DNA of 64,000 nt from Octopus sinensis (Eukaryota). Shown here in pieces: positions 1 to 13,625 of this stretch; the stretch's first letter is position 1, and each line of letters begins with the position of its first letter. The notes under the pieces were generated by a model. That model saw only the letters and a program-made list of their open reading frames with translations, did not search any database and was not told the origin of the DNA. The stretch is taken from contig NC_043007.1 in assembly GCF_006345805.1 (NCBI RefSeq), positions 3,534,001 through 3,598,000 of the forward strand, given 5' to 3'. The translations under genes and the position numbers were made by a program.

Positions 1-926
1 ACTTTCCTCATAGTACTTTTCAATTAAAGATATCCCAAAGCAAACCAACAACAAGCATTCAAAAACGAAGGTGTAATCTACTTAGGGGTTGCAACAAACA
101 TCAGCAACATTTCCTTTAAATCACAGACTAAAAAGCCAAGCAGAATGCAGTGGATAATGTTTTACTGAAAATCTTTAATTGTAGAATTATTTGACTTTGG
201 ATTAAACAACAACACCAATAAAAAGATGGACCGGCATGTCATGGAATCTGCTTCGCAGACTAAGTACCGCAAACTCTCAGAAAAATCAGTTTAATTCAAG
301 ATTTCTTGCCAACAGAGAAAGAGCCGGTTTCTAACCTAGATCCAAGGCTCCTTCATTGGAATTTCAACATAAAAAACAACGTATTTTTGTATGTATGTAT
401 ACCTGCCTATTTGTATGTTTTGTTTTATGTATGTATTCTCATGAATATAGTTGGATATCTAGACATGCTCATATATACTTAAATGATAAACTTCTGGAAA
501 GTTTTACAGACTTTTACAGTTCCACTGATGGATAGGATCTATAGTCTTCGAATCAGCTTTCTCCTTTCTGGTTTTGAGAAGCCTAATTACTCAAGATTGG
601 TAGTTTGGCATTGCGTTACATCTGGATAGAAAAAGTGCAGATTTCTCAATAATTCAGCGTCGGTATTTTCTTTTTCACTCATCTTCAGATTTATGTCAAC
701 ATCCGCTGTGCAGCTAATTTCCACAACTGTACACAGTTTCATGTATGTATTTATATGTATGTGGATGCATGTATATATATGTATATATGTGTGCATACAT
801 ATACATGCATGCACGCACACACGCACACACACACGCGCACACACACGCACACACACACACGCAAACACACGTACACACACGCGCGCATATTCACACACAC
901 ACACACACATACATATATACATATAT

Positions 927-1371
927 AGGCGCAGAAGTGACTGTGCGGCAAGAAGCTTGCTTACCAACCACGTGGTTCCGGGTTCAGTACTTTGGGCAAG
1001 TGTTGTCTACTGTAGCCTTGTGAGTGAATTTGGTAGACGGAAACTGAAAGAAACCTGTCGTATATATGTGTGTGTGTATGTGTGTTTGTGTGTGTGTGTG
1101 TATGTGTGTTTGTGTGTGTGTGTGTCTTTGTATGTATGTGCGTATGTATGTATGTGTATGTCTTTGTGTCTGTGTTTGTCCACACCAGATTGCTTGACAA
1201 CCGATGCTGGTGTGTATTCGTCCCCGTAACTTAGCTGTTCAGCAGAAGAGACCGATAGAATTATACAAGGCTTACAAAGAATAAGGCCAGGGGTCCGTTT
1301 ATTCGACTAAAAGGCGGTGCTCCAACATGGCCCCGATCAAATGATTGAAACAAGTAAAAGAATAAAAGAAT
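927..1371 (+). mobile_element. tRNA-derived SINE, family A (full length, internal (TG/TA)n tract)
   Basis: Head AGGCGCAGAAGTGACTGTGCGG...GGTTCAGTAC with Pol III A/B-box-like motifs; 3' end GAAACAAGTAAAAGAATAAAAGAAT; reverse-complement homology to seven other copies in the window. Confidence 0.85.
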
Positions 1372-1403
1372 ATATATGTGTGTGTGTATGTATATATATA
1401 TAT

Positions 1404-1601
1404 AACGTTAATCCAAACATGAAAAGACAACAACGCGAGGACGTGGAAGAAGTATAGTGTTATTGGACGCTCATGAAAGGAAAGAAAGAAGGAGGATTTA
1501 ACGTTTCGAGCGGAGCTCTTTGTTAGAAACATAGGAAAAGAAAGATCCAAGGAAGGGAAGACGGAGGGAAAAAAATCGCCAACGATACACACGCGGTCAC
1601 A
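1404..1601 (-). mobile_element. Penelope-like element pseudo-LTR remnant with decayed hammerhead ribozyme core
   Basis: Minus strand reads CTAACAAAGAGCTCCGCTCGAAACGTT (1499-1525), two substitutions from the CTGACGA-stem II-GAAAC minimal hammerhead typical of Penelope-like LTRs; the class assignment is from recall. Confidence 0.5.
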
Positions 1602-1630
1602 TATTGTAGCTGGCGATTGTTATATATAGT

Positions 1631-1901
1631 GAAGGCGCATGGCTCAGTGGTTAGAGCGTCGAGCTTACGATCGTGAGGTTGTGAGCTCGAATCCCGGACC
1701 GGGCTGCGTGTTGTGTTCTTGAGCAAGGTACTTTATTTCACGTTGCTGCAGTTCACTCAGCTGTAGAAATGAGTTGCGACGTCACTGGTGCCAAGCTGTA
1801 TCGACATTTGTCTTTCCCTTGGATAACATCAGTGGTGTGGAAAGGGGAGGCTGGTATGCATGGGCGACTGCTGGTCTTCCATAAACAACCTCGCCCGGAC
1901 T
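1631..1901 (+). mobile_element. tRNA-derived SINE, family C (3'-truncated)
   Basis: A box TGGCTCAGTGG, B-box-like GAGCTCGAATCCC, central block CTTGAGCAAGGTACTTTATTTCACGTTGCTGCAGTTCACTCAGCTG shared with families D and F. Confidence 0.8.
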
Positions 1902-1902
1902 C

Positions 1903-1949
<47 letters not shown>

Positions 1950-3187
1950 TGTGTGTGTGTGATTGTAGCTGGCGATTCTCTATGAAAGGAGGGACCTCAG
2001 CTGTCTAAGTTTTATAGCAGTCCGTACATTACCTGTGGAATTCATAAACTATATCACTCAGTGATGAATATATAACTGCATGTATGTGACGGCTTCAAAC
2101 ATCTTTTGAGGACACAGGTGTGAGCTTAGTTTTATTATGAAAGACTCTTTTGATCTTTTGTCTTTGGTCCTCTACATTTAGGTAGAATCATAGACGTTCC
2201 TGAGTCTATTGAATCCTCTCAGTCACCATTTTCCTCAGAAGAAAATGGTGGTTTTTCATCCTATTATTACCACATTGTAGCATGAGACCATGGGAATGAT
2301 GTTCTAACGATTAAGATAATTGTTATCTGATAAAAAAAAAATGTTTATTAACTTCTGGTTTCTTTCTTTCCTTCTTTCTTTTTTTTTACGCCCGTTGTAC
2401 CTGTTTTGGGGTGGGGTGTATTTTCATTTGCGTTTGGCTTTCATAGCCAACCTGCTTTATTTTCTGGAATTTTTGTTTTTCTCTTTTGTTCGTTTTTGTT
2501 TTTTGTGGAGTTTTTTTTTTTTTTTCAGTGGGGAATTTCATAAAGTAAATTTGTGCTGTCAGCTCAAGTTATTCTGTTTAATTTTGTTCCGTGCTCTGTG
2601 TTGTGATGTACGGCGATGCTGTACTGCGATGCTGTAAATGCATGGTCAATCGACGAGAACGTGTTGTGCGGATTGTCCGATGTAACAACCTGAAACACGG
2701 CAGTTACACATTCCATCTTAACATCGAGTTTTATAAATGCCATTCGTTGACTTAATTACGTTGTGTAATTTGCAGGTTTATTGTTTCGTCTTGATGAGAT
2801 TTTAATTCGAATCATTTTTGCAAACAATATATTGTTGGCTGATTCGGTTTGATCAGTTTTCTAAAGACATAATCCTTCAATCTAAACCTAAGATGCCTTT
2901 GGTTTATCTAATACAAATGAGGGAAAACAGAGGCAAAAAGTACGTTATAGCGTAAACCCAAATAATCCGGACATTCTTGGGTAGTAGAAGCTTCTCGGCA
3001 TCTCTGAGATGAGAGTGATGACAAAGGGGAAACTGTGTGAATACTCGCAATGCAAAGCGCATGTGTTATATGTCTCTATGTTTATTCTAACTATGCTGTT
3101 CCTATAGACTATATATATATACATACAAAAGCATTCATATATATATATATATATATATATGGTTAGATTGTAAAATTTAATAAACGT

Positions 3188-3236
<49 letters not shown>

Positions 3237-3653
3237 TATATGCATATATGAATACATATACATACATACATTCGAGTGTAGGATATATATATATATATAT
3301 GTGTGTGTGTAAATAAATAAATAAAATAATAATAAAATATATATATGTATAATATATATATATTATATATATATATATATATTTAAAATCTATAAGTTTA
3401 AATTTTTAATTTTAAATAATTTTTTAAATTTTAACTTTAATTTAAATATTTTAATTTGAATTTATATTTTATATATTTTTATTAATTAATTTTATTTTCT
3501 ATGTATTGGTTTATGATTTTCACTGTTTGATTTGCCTAATAGTGTTTTATCTCTAATTTAATATAATATATATATATAATTTATACTAAAAATTAGATTT
3601 AATCCTAAATCTAATTTTTCCCCTGTAAGTTTGGATTTACTCCCTAATATTAT

Positions 3654-3711
<58 letters not shown>

Positions 3712-3720
3712 GAGAGGAGA

Positions 3721-3769
<49 letters not shown>

Positions 3770-4067
3770 TATGAGAGGCAATGGTGTCATTAAGACCCAA
3801 AGGTGTCAGGTAATGCTGAGTAAGTGCTATGGATAGACCATAGTTAAGCTCCAGGTTCGGTGATTATGCAAATGAGGAATCCAGCGTAGGTCATATATCA
3901 GCATGTGTATATATAAAAAATGTTTCTCAGAATGAAATCAAAAATTTTTTCAGAGCCTTGGTTCTTTATCTCATTCTTTTGTTATATTTCTGCTGCTTTT
4001 AAATAAAGCATATTACTCTACCTCTGATATTTGAGTACCTTGTTTCACATTTATGTGCTTACTCCGG

Positions 4068-4172
<105 letters not shown>

Positions 4173-4759
4173 TGTGTGTGTGTGTGTGTACATGTATAAA
4201 TTTCTTTGTGTATATGTTATTTTAAGAATATTCGCAACCACTTCTAACTTGTATCTCTAACTGTGTTCGCCAGCTTCTCTGCTGGGTCAACCTTCTTGAA
4301 TTCAGAATCTTTATTTCCCCCAATTATATCAACTTACACGGCATATGATTCTATGATTCGAAACTCCATATAAGTTTATATGGCATTGAAGCTATACCTA
4401 TGATATCGGGGCGGACGCATTATTAACTGTAGAAATCTCTTGAGCATACAGCAGTCGTGAGATCTGGCCTTAAATTGAACGCTTATACTAAATTGCCCAA
4501 CGCCGCTCTAAGCCCAGCGTGTGATATGGAATAGCAATATATTCATTGTTGAATCTCATAAATATTAATGAAATAAGCGATAAATATGAAAAGAAAGCAA
4601 TCAATACTTATCTGCGCGTCTTTTGAAGGCTTTTAGTTGTTGTTGTTGTTTTTATGTGTTTATGAATATGGATATGCATATGCAAATATGTATGAACGTT
4701 TGTTACGTATAGATATTCGAGTCTGTGAAGATATGTGTATGAGAGTTTATGGTTTTGGA

Positions 4760-4773
4760 GAGAATATATATGC

Positions 4774-4816
<43 letters not shown>

Positions 4817-4933
4817 GTATGTCTATGTATATATTTGAGTGTATCTAAAAATCTACGTGCATATATATATACATATGTGATAATATATATACATATTTAT
4901 TTATATATATATATATATTTATATATATATTAT

Positions 4934-4965
<32 letters not shown>

Positions 4966-5003
4966 CATTTATATATATATATATATATATATATATCTAT
5001 AAC

Positions 5004-5047
<44 letters not shown>

Positions 5048-5311
5048 TATATATATATCATACGTATATGGACCTATAGTATATATATTTAAGTGTATAT
5101 AAACGCAATTTATGTGTAATAATACTATCCTTGTTCATATATTTCCTTTTTATGGATGTTATATATACGCATATATTAATTTATATTAAATGCTTATTCA
5201 TTATTGTTACGATTAATATTCTTCATCGCTTTTCTTATATTTCACTGTACTCATGATCTTATATGTAGGTTTATGTAATATATATATATATATATAATAT
5301 ATATATATACG

Positions 5312-5344
<33 letters not shown>

Positions 5345-5373
5345 TATATATACATATATATATATTATATATA

Positions 5374-5409
<36 letters not shown>

Positions 5410-5618
5410 TGTATGTATGTATGATATATATGTAAGTATGTGTGTATGCGTGTATGTTTGTATGTATGTGAGAATGATGCATGTATGTATATGTGTATGT
5501 ATGTATGTAGGCATGTACGTACATTTATATGCATATGAATATTTATGGTGGAAACATCTATTTTTTATATGTAACATATACACAAAGAAGCACAGACATT
5601 GCATATACATTGCATATA

Positions 5619-5683
<65 letters not shown>

Positions 5684-6701
5684 CTTACGTAGGTACGTAT
5701 ACATTTTTATACACATGATTTATGCATGTGTATATGTGTATTTGTAAGCATGACCTGCAACATTTAAACGCAATAAAAACTGTGATAATGAATGTCATTT
5801 GAAACATGGCAGATAAAATAATGGCGTGGACAGTGTTGTTTCTGTCGGTCCTGCATTTTGGCTTTCTGCAATTATATGTTTAGGTATGTTTGTGTTTTCA
5901 AAATGGAATTTGTTTTCTTGCTGTTTGTTTTGTTTATTATTCTATTTATCGTTTTAAAAAATGTATTTGAATTAATTAGTGAATATATCACTGAAAGATT
6001 CTTGTAATTCATGGCTAGAATTCATATCATGGTTTACTTCTTTTTACTTTTTTTTAAGTGGTAGAGTATGTTTTTTTGTGTAATAAAATGTGACTGCTTG
6101 TGTGTAGTATATATATATATATATAATATATATATATAATATATATATATCATCAATAATTAAGGGCTAAAGAGGGTTATTCTAAAGCCAAATACACTGT
6201 TTATATCACTTATAATCCGCTTGTTACAGGAAAATTGAACTGAAAACGGGCAACTAACCTTTAGAAAATTTAAATTTCGTTATCTCTATATTGAATCAAT
6301 TTCGGACTTAATCTTATAAAAAAAGATATATTCCTTCTTCAGTAGAACTTTCGATGGGATATAAAATAATACTCACGTATGATCATGGAAAAAGCACAAG
6401 CTAAAAACATAACTACACTTGAGTACATCACTTATATCTAAAAATAAAAATTCTTTGGTCAGCCTCAGAAAACAACGTCCAGACCTTTCGCCGCTACAAA
6501 TTGTATGGTTACCAGTCCTCCTGTAGCAAGCATCGAGTTTACTACTAAGCAATATAGGATGAAGTCCCTTACTCTACAGCAAAGGAATTCATCAGGAAGC
6601 GTGGGCAGTATATTTTAAAAAACCGTTACGGTTGCAATATACATCATATAATTATACATATATAATTATATATATATATATATATATAATATATATATAC
6701 C

Positions 6702-6737
<36 letters not shown>

Positions 6738-6872
6738 GTATATATGTATATATATATATATGTTATATGTATATATATATGTATGTATATATATATATAA
6801 CACATATATATATAATATTTACATACATACATATATTGATAGATAGATAGATAAGATAAAAGATAAAGACAT

Positions 6873-6932
<60 letters not shown>

Positions 6933-6993
6933 GTGTGTGTGTGTATATATATATGTATATATATTAGAGAGAAGAGAGATGAGAAAATGTATG

Positions 6994-7020
<27 letters not shown>
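4760..7020. repeat. Dense (TA)n/(TATG)n microsatellite field; comparable fields at 3110-3770, 8830-9117, 22250-23890, 30950-31140, 46340-46520 and 51750-52060
   Basis: Read directly; these explain most YI/CV/HT-rich ORFs in the ORF track. Confidence 0.9.
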
Positions 7021-7024
<4 letters not shown>

Positions 7025-7416
7025 TGGTCGATAGCCTTTATCTATTGTCCCATTTAATACCACCATATAACCACTGGATGTCACTGGAAGGCATAAGTAC
7101 GTACAAGAAATCAATATCCCATGGTGTATTTCACTTCCAGTTCTGATAACAAAATGCAAAATACAACACGTGACTGATCCATAGAGAAAAAAACACAAAT
7201 TTTTAGACATCAAGTGGAAGCTTCCCCAGAAATAGTAATTTGGCAAGCTGTAACTCTCACGAAAAGCCTGGAAGTATGCTTAACATTAGTTTAGTCATCG
7301 TGTGAGATAGCAATTGTTAATCAAATAAAAAGAAGATTATCTCTCAGGGCTCAGGACAACTCTTAAGAAAGTAATTACCTTATGATGAGAAAGACCTAAA
7401 AGTGGATTATTCTCTA

Positions 7417-7941
7417 CTAGCAGAAATACCCGTCGTTGACTGGGTTCAGAAAGTGTCTTCAAAAATTACACCCTGATTTATGAAAGTTACTGCTTCGATA
7501 TTATTGAATGTTTTGTAACGGAATATCCGCAAGCTCTTATTGCCAGGTTTCGGCCCGAAAAGTTATATTTCACTAGCGGTTCAGTCTCTTCAGCCTCAAT
7601 AATATTTCACTAATGGTTCACTCTCTTCAGCTCTTTCTCTTTTCCTACGCTGAGATTGCTTAGGTAGTCCAAATCTAATTTTTTTCGGAGGCATTGTAGT
7701 AGGGTGAATTAATCTATAAGACAGGGGACTTAACTCATGTTAGCAAACTTACGGAAGTCACCGACGTGAAAATTGATAACAGTTATGGTTGAAAAGCTAT
7801 TTTTACCGCTATCCGGTGGTGCGTCGGAGGAAATAAGTTGACAAAAGTACAGCCATGGTCGTGACCAATGTCCTCCTAAAATTGGAGCGACATGCGTGTT
7901 AATTTGTGGACGTGCATAAAGTACATTCACGTACACACACA

Positions 7942-7981
<40 letters not shown>

Positions 7982-7999
7982 GCCTTTTATAGATATAGA
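7417..7999 (-). mobile_element. Non-autonomous Helitron-like element, family H2
   Basis: Minus strand begins A|TCTATATCTATAAAA and ends ACCCAGTCAACGACGGGT (hairpin) ATTTCTGCTAG|T: 5'-TC, subterminal hairpin, 3'-CTAG, inserted at an AT dinucleotide. Confidence 0.7.
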
Positions 8000-8537
8000 T
8001 GCTAAAACAATTGTTATGCAAAAATTCCCCTAAAATCTGAAAATGATTTTAACAAGAAGTGCAATGTCTTTAACTCGTGACTGTTACATCACATTTTGAA
8101 TTATGGTTTTCGCTATCCAAAAGTACTTAATTAACAAAAGTGACTACAAAGCCTTTAAAACCTTAAGATGCAACCGAAAAGATCAATTATTTCATATTTC
8201 TGTAGAAGATATAACATATGATCATCAGTCGCCCGAAAATAGAATTTAATATTATTTTCGAAAAGAGTTTCATTTTATTTCTAAACAAAAATTCATACAA
8301 GAAAATATCTCTAATGGTGAGTTTATACATACATTTAAACACACAGAATATCGATGTTGTAATCCTTTAAAACTATAAATGCATACATAACAGGCCTGAT
8401 ATAGTTGCGCCGGGCAGAAAAGAAAATTCATATGCAGAGGTCAACTTCCTTACAAATGTGAATTGCTCTTACAAAATCAATGATAAAGAGATTATTAAAG
8501 GACAACTGCTTCAAAACCTACATTTCTTCTACACAAC

Positions 8538-8592
<55 letters not shown>

Positions 8593-10039
8593 TGGTTATG
8601 TTACTAACTGTCTAAACGGTAATCTTAATAAAGATGAGGTTTCGGGCAAAGAATATGATCAGTTCTTACATACTTTGCAAACGAAATCTGTGGGCGGAAT
8701 TCTAAGTTCAACACGGCACTCCAACCATCGTTGCTTTTATCTAAATTACAGCGATGGAGGTTCGTTTCTTTGTTAGAAGCACACTCCTCTTTATGTGCAA
8801 TATTCAAATAACAAAAAAAGAACGTGCGTATATATATATATATTTATATATATATCACTAAATACTAACATACATACATACATACATACATACAAACATG
8901 CATGTATACATACATACGTATGTACGTACATACATACATGGATGCATACATACATACATACATACATACATACATACATACATAAATAAATACATACATG
9001 AATGCATGTATACATACATACGTACATGAATGCATGCATACATACAAATATGCATGCATGTATGCATACATACTTACGTACGTACATACATACGTACATT
9101 CATACATACATACACACCTGAAGCTTGCAACTCTATTTCGAGAAATGCCGTCACTTAAGCACGGATGTGTTTTACATTCTGTTGTGCAGATGTTGCAACG
9201 ATGGCCGCCTTTTGCAGAAGGTGTTGCAACATAGCTTTGCTGAACTCTCCCGTGACATTTCGGACCGCCTCCTGACGCACCTTCTTTTTCATTCTCTCTG
9301 CAAGTACAGATTCGATATAAATCATATTTAACAACTTCACTGTGTGTGTGTACGTGTGTGTGTTCGTGAGCGTATACATGTGTGTGTGGTTCCTCTTATG
9401 ACTTTTAAGGTCTGCCTCACTTACATAGACACGCCCACACTCCTAATATGTTAAACTGGGCTGAGAGCTAACAATCGGACAAATTCACGTCAAGATCCGG
9501 TCACTTTGTATTCTGCGAAGAAAAACGAACTTAGATAAATTCTAAAGAAAAACATAATAAATCTCAAATAAAATCAAAGTACACTCAAAGAAAAGCATAT
9601 ATACATGCGTACATGCTTACAGACTTTTGCTTTGCACATGTCATCAATTTTTCGAAAAGTCAATGGGAATGAGAATATCTGTAGCCAAAGGCTTTGAAAC
9701 CAGCAATTTTTCTCTCTAAATTATAAATTCCGTTTTGTATAATATTTATTATCATCGATGCACAGGACTCTGTCATTAAATGTTCACATTACAAGCTCAA
9801 AAACCCAGGTTTGTCAGGCAAAAAAAGCGACGAACTAACATATGCTTATAAGCGAAACAGTGAAAATATGCAACACTTTCCGGAAGTTCAGCATAGAACA
9901 TGGACCATTTTTGTTATCCAAACTGAAATGGTGGAACATTGTTTCTTTTTTAGAAACCAGAATCTTCTTTGTAGAAAAATTCCAATAATGAAAACAAAAA
10001 GGAATAAATATATTTATCAAAAAGGGTCAAAGGTCCATC

Positions 10040-10269
10040 GCGAGCCACTGGCTCACAAGACCAGTTTCCTGGGTTTACGAGGCATATGTATTCTACACCT
10101 GGATGGGACGCCGGTCGTCCCAGGTTTAGTCAGTTTTGTCGGCTGGGTGGAATGGAGCGATATGAAATGAAGTGTTTAGGTCAAGAATAGGTCGCATGCC
10201 CAATCCAGGAATCGAAACCACAACCTAACGGTCCTGAATGCAACACCCTAACCACTAAGCCAAGCACCT
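10040..10269 (-). mobile_element. tRNA-derived SINE, family F (old, diverged)
   Basis: Diverged homolog of 53690-53932; minus-strand head TGGCTTAGTGGTTAGGGTG...GGTTTCGATTCC. Confidence 0.65.
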
Positions 10270-10314
10270 CTACCTGCACATTTATATACCTGTTTATACA
10301 GGTATGAACTTATA

Positions 10315-10719
10315 TTCTTTTATTCTTTTCTTTTAATTGTTTCAGTCGTTTGACTGCGGCCATGCTGGGGCACAGTCTTTAGTCGAACAAATCTATCCCC
10401 AAGACTTACTTTTTGTAAGCCTGGTATAATTCTAACGGTCTTTCTTTTTGCCGAACTGCTAAGTTACGGGGACATAAACACACCAACATCAGTTATCAAG
10501 CGATGTTGGTGAGGACAAACACAGATACACAAACATATATATATATATATATGTACGACAGGCTTCTTTCAGTTTCCGTCTACCAAATCCATTCACAAGA
10601 CTTTGGTCTGCCCGAGACTATATTAGAAGACATTTGCCCAAGGTGCCACGCAGCGGGACTGAACCCGGAACCATGTGATTGGTGAGCAAGCTACATACCA
10701 CACAGCCACTCCTGCGCCT
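10315..10719 (-). mobile_element. SINE family A
   Basis: Reverse complement of the family A consensus (…GACTGCGGCCATGCTGG…CACAGCCACTCCTGCGCCT). Confidence 0.85.
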
Positions 10720-11489
10720 ATGTATAAGCTGTATGGATGGATTCTAAAAGAAAAAATTAGCTTCACATTGTAATAGCTTCAGATGAACAAAATAGCGAAG
10801 AACGAAAAAAATTTGACAAAAGTTTAGTGATTTTTTTCTTTTTTTTTTAATTGAACGTATGGTCTTGTTTATTTGAAACTTTGACGTTTATGAATAAGAA
10901 TTAACGGAACGTAATTAACAACATACAAAGTGCAGAAACGTAAATTATTCAGTATTTCGGCTGTGAACTGAAACCTTTTAGAATTAAAAGTAGACAATAT
11001 GCAACACCAAAACCGTTATTACATGCACAAAGATTACACATTCTAGCGAAGATAAGTGGAGAAGGAATCTCCTGACAATTGAAAGGTTCGTGGCCAGTGT
11101 TAATTTATGGCTGTCGAGCCTAATACGTATCATTTCTTTTAATATGTGAGTTGTCAAAACTGTATTGAAAACCTTAATAGAATCCGCCCGTTTTTGCATT
11201 CTGACAGCTGTCGTCACGCATCTGAAAAGACGAAGCCGCCATATTCATGAGCTTTTCAATGCATACATACGTATGTATATATATATATGTGTGTGTATGT
11301 GTGTGGATGGATGGATGGATGGATGCATGCATGCATATATGTATGTTTGTATGTATGTACGTGTGTATGTATGGCTTGTGTGGTACATGTGTATGTACGT
11401 ATATCAGCATGTATATGTATATAATTGGTGGGCGGTGCGGGCGAAGAAGAACTCCGTGGATTTGTACATTCGTGTATAACCTACGTTAC

Positions 11490-11992
11490 ACAAACACGCA
11501 ATTACATTGCAGCAATCGAGCGAGCGTTTACTTCATCAGTTTATCTCTTCAATAGAGATGTCACATTTTCCACAATAATCCTTAACCCTGTTTCTGACAT
11601 CTGAAGAAAGGTTATACTATAAGAAAAAAACCCAGAAAAGTACTCAGAATTAAGCCAAGGAAGCTCGCACTACGTGGTTGCAAAATCTACTAAAAATAAC
11701 AGCCAAAATACTCGAAAATCACTACCATTTCAGACTACCATATGTTTCGTAGTTTACAGAATCGTTTGGGAGACATAATTTTCGCAAGCCAGGAGGCGGT
11801 CGAAACTGACATTTCAGAGTTCTTCGCTTTGAAACCAAAAGAGTTTTGCATTAATGGGATTAAAGCATGTAAATAGATGGAAGGAAGTCATAGAAAATCA
11901 GGGAAAGTACATTGATGATTAATTAAATATAATATTTGATCACTTATTTTCTTTATTCAAAACTCGGACAGAACTTATGGGATGACCTGATA
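11490..11992 (+). mobile_element. mariner transposon remnant, internally deleted, with right TIR
   Basis: Translates to SDYHMFRSLQNRLGDIIFASQEAVETDISEFFALKPKEF and VNRWKEVIENQGKYIDD*, mariner C-terminal motifs; upstream FLTSEERLYY resembles IVTGDEKW; ends GGACAGAACTTATGGGATGACCTGA|TA. Confidence 0.75.
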
Positions 11993-12249
11993 CGTTATAT
12001 AAGACAAAGGATTCGTCGGAACCAATATAATTCACTTTTCTTTTCTTTTTTATTTTTCGTGAGACGGAGGCCAGCAATAAGACCAACTGAAGTCTGTGAA
12101 AGGCAGCCCGGAGCCCTGTTAAAACAAAGTGGGCATGCCTTTTCAGACAGTTGTTAATGAATATCCAGCAGAATAAATTAAAGCAAATGGAAAACGTATC
12201 TTCCGTCGGTTTTGAGGAGGGTGTAGTTTGGTTGTTCTATCAACTGTAT

Positions 12250-12475
12250 ACTCTTTTACTCTTTTACTTGTTTCAGTCATTTGACTGCGGCCATGTTGGA
12301 GCACCGCCTTTAGTCGAGCAAATCGACCCCGGGACTTATTCCTTGTAAGCCCAGTACTTATTATATCGGTCTCCTTTGCCGAACCGCTAAGTGACAGGGA
12401 CATAAACACACCAGCATCGGTTGTCAAGCAATGCTAGGGGGACAAACACAGACACACAAACATATATACATATAT

Positions 12476-12518
<43 letters not shown>

Positions 12519-12698
12519 TATATATGCATATATACGACAGGCTTCTTTCAGTTTCCGTCTACCAAATCCAATCACAAGGCATTGGTCGGCCCGGGGCTAT
12601 AGCAGAAGACACTTGCCCAAGATGCCACGCAGTGGGACTGAACCCGGAACCATGTGGTTGGTTAGCAAGCTATTTACCACACAGCCACTCCTGCGCCT
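12250..12698 (-). mobile_element. SINE family A
   Basis: Full-length reverse-complement copy of family A. Confidence 0.9.
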
Positions 12699-13094
12699 AT
12701 GTGTATATACACATTTTATGTAGTGTAAGAGTCTGATTATTCCAGAGACTTGTAGCAATCTGTTTTGGTTACAAAAAGCGACTCACTACTACATTGAACT
12801 ATGACAAACATCCGTTTGTTACCTTACATACAAAAGAGAAAGTAATTATCAGGGTAGACGGGATGTAAATATGATGGCTGAGTATCGTTGGAGCATAAAG
12901 TGAAATTGTCCACATTGAACAGGCCAGGAAAGGCTATAAGCATAAATTTTTTCTAACTACTTAAACACAGCTTGACTCTCAATAACAATATCCTATGTAT
13001 GAAGAAAATAGATTTGTACAAACATGACAGTCAAGCAATGTTTTATTATTTTCCATTGAATGCAAATTTTTAAAATATTCTATGAAATAAGCAC

Positions 13095-13268
13095 AAATTT
13101 GATAGATGCGATATTTTTATGGCTTTTGAGACAAAGCGAAGATACCCTGTAGCTCAAAACTTTGATGTGATACAGAAAAACTGGGGTCGTTTTTTTGGAT
13201 TCAGAAACATTAAGTTAGTCAAAAATAAGTGTTACCTCAAACTCAACGAGAATTCTGTTCCCCACTGT
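13095..13268. mobile_element. Possible terminal remnant of a Sola-like DNA transposon
   Basis: …AGCTCAAAACTTTGATGTGATACAGAAAAACTGGGGTCGTTTTTTTGGATTCAG…TTCTGTTCCCCACTG resembles recalled 3' termini of such elements; there is no coding evidence. Confidence 0.3.
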
Positions 13269-13496
13269 CAACGCTTGGCAACTTGATGAGAAAATATTGA
13301 AACACGACGTTGATTACCGAAGGCTGAACACCGAGAAATGTTAAGCAACTACAATGACAACGGCTGTTACATTAGCTTAGTAGTTAATATCCTGAATGAA
13401 ACTATTTCAATAGGCACTGAATCGTATTTCTCATTGCAAAGATATACCTGGATGCTATTCATCTGCTTAAAACACACACACACTCTCTCTTTTTCT

Positions 13497-13527
<31 letters not shown>

Positions 13528-13543
13528 ATATATATGTTGCACA

Positions 13544-13625
<82 letters not shown>

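Noticed and set aside
10984-11221. Minus-strand 79-codon frame after a good acceptor
   Set aside because: No convincing donor and no recognisable homology; left as unsupported.
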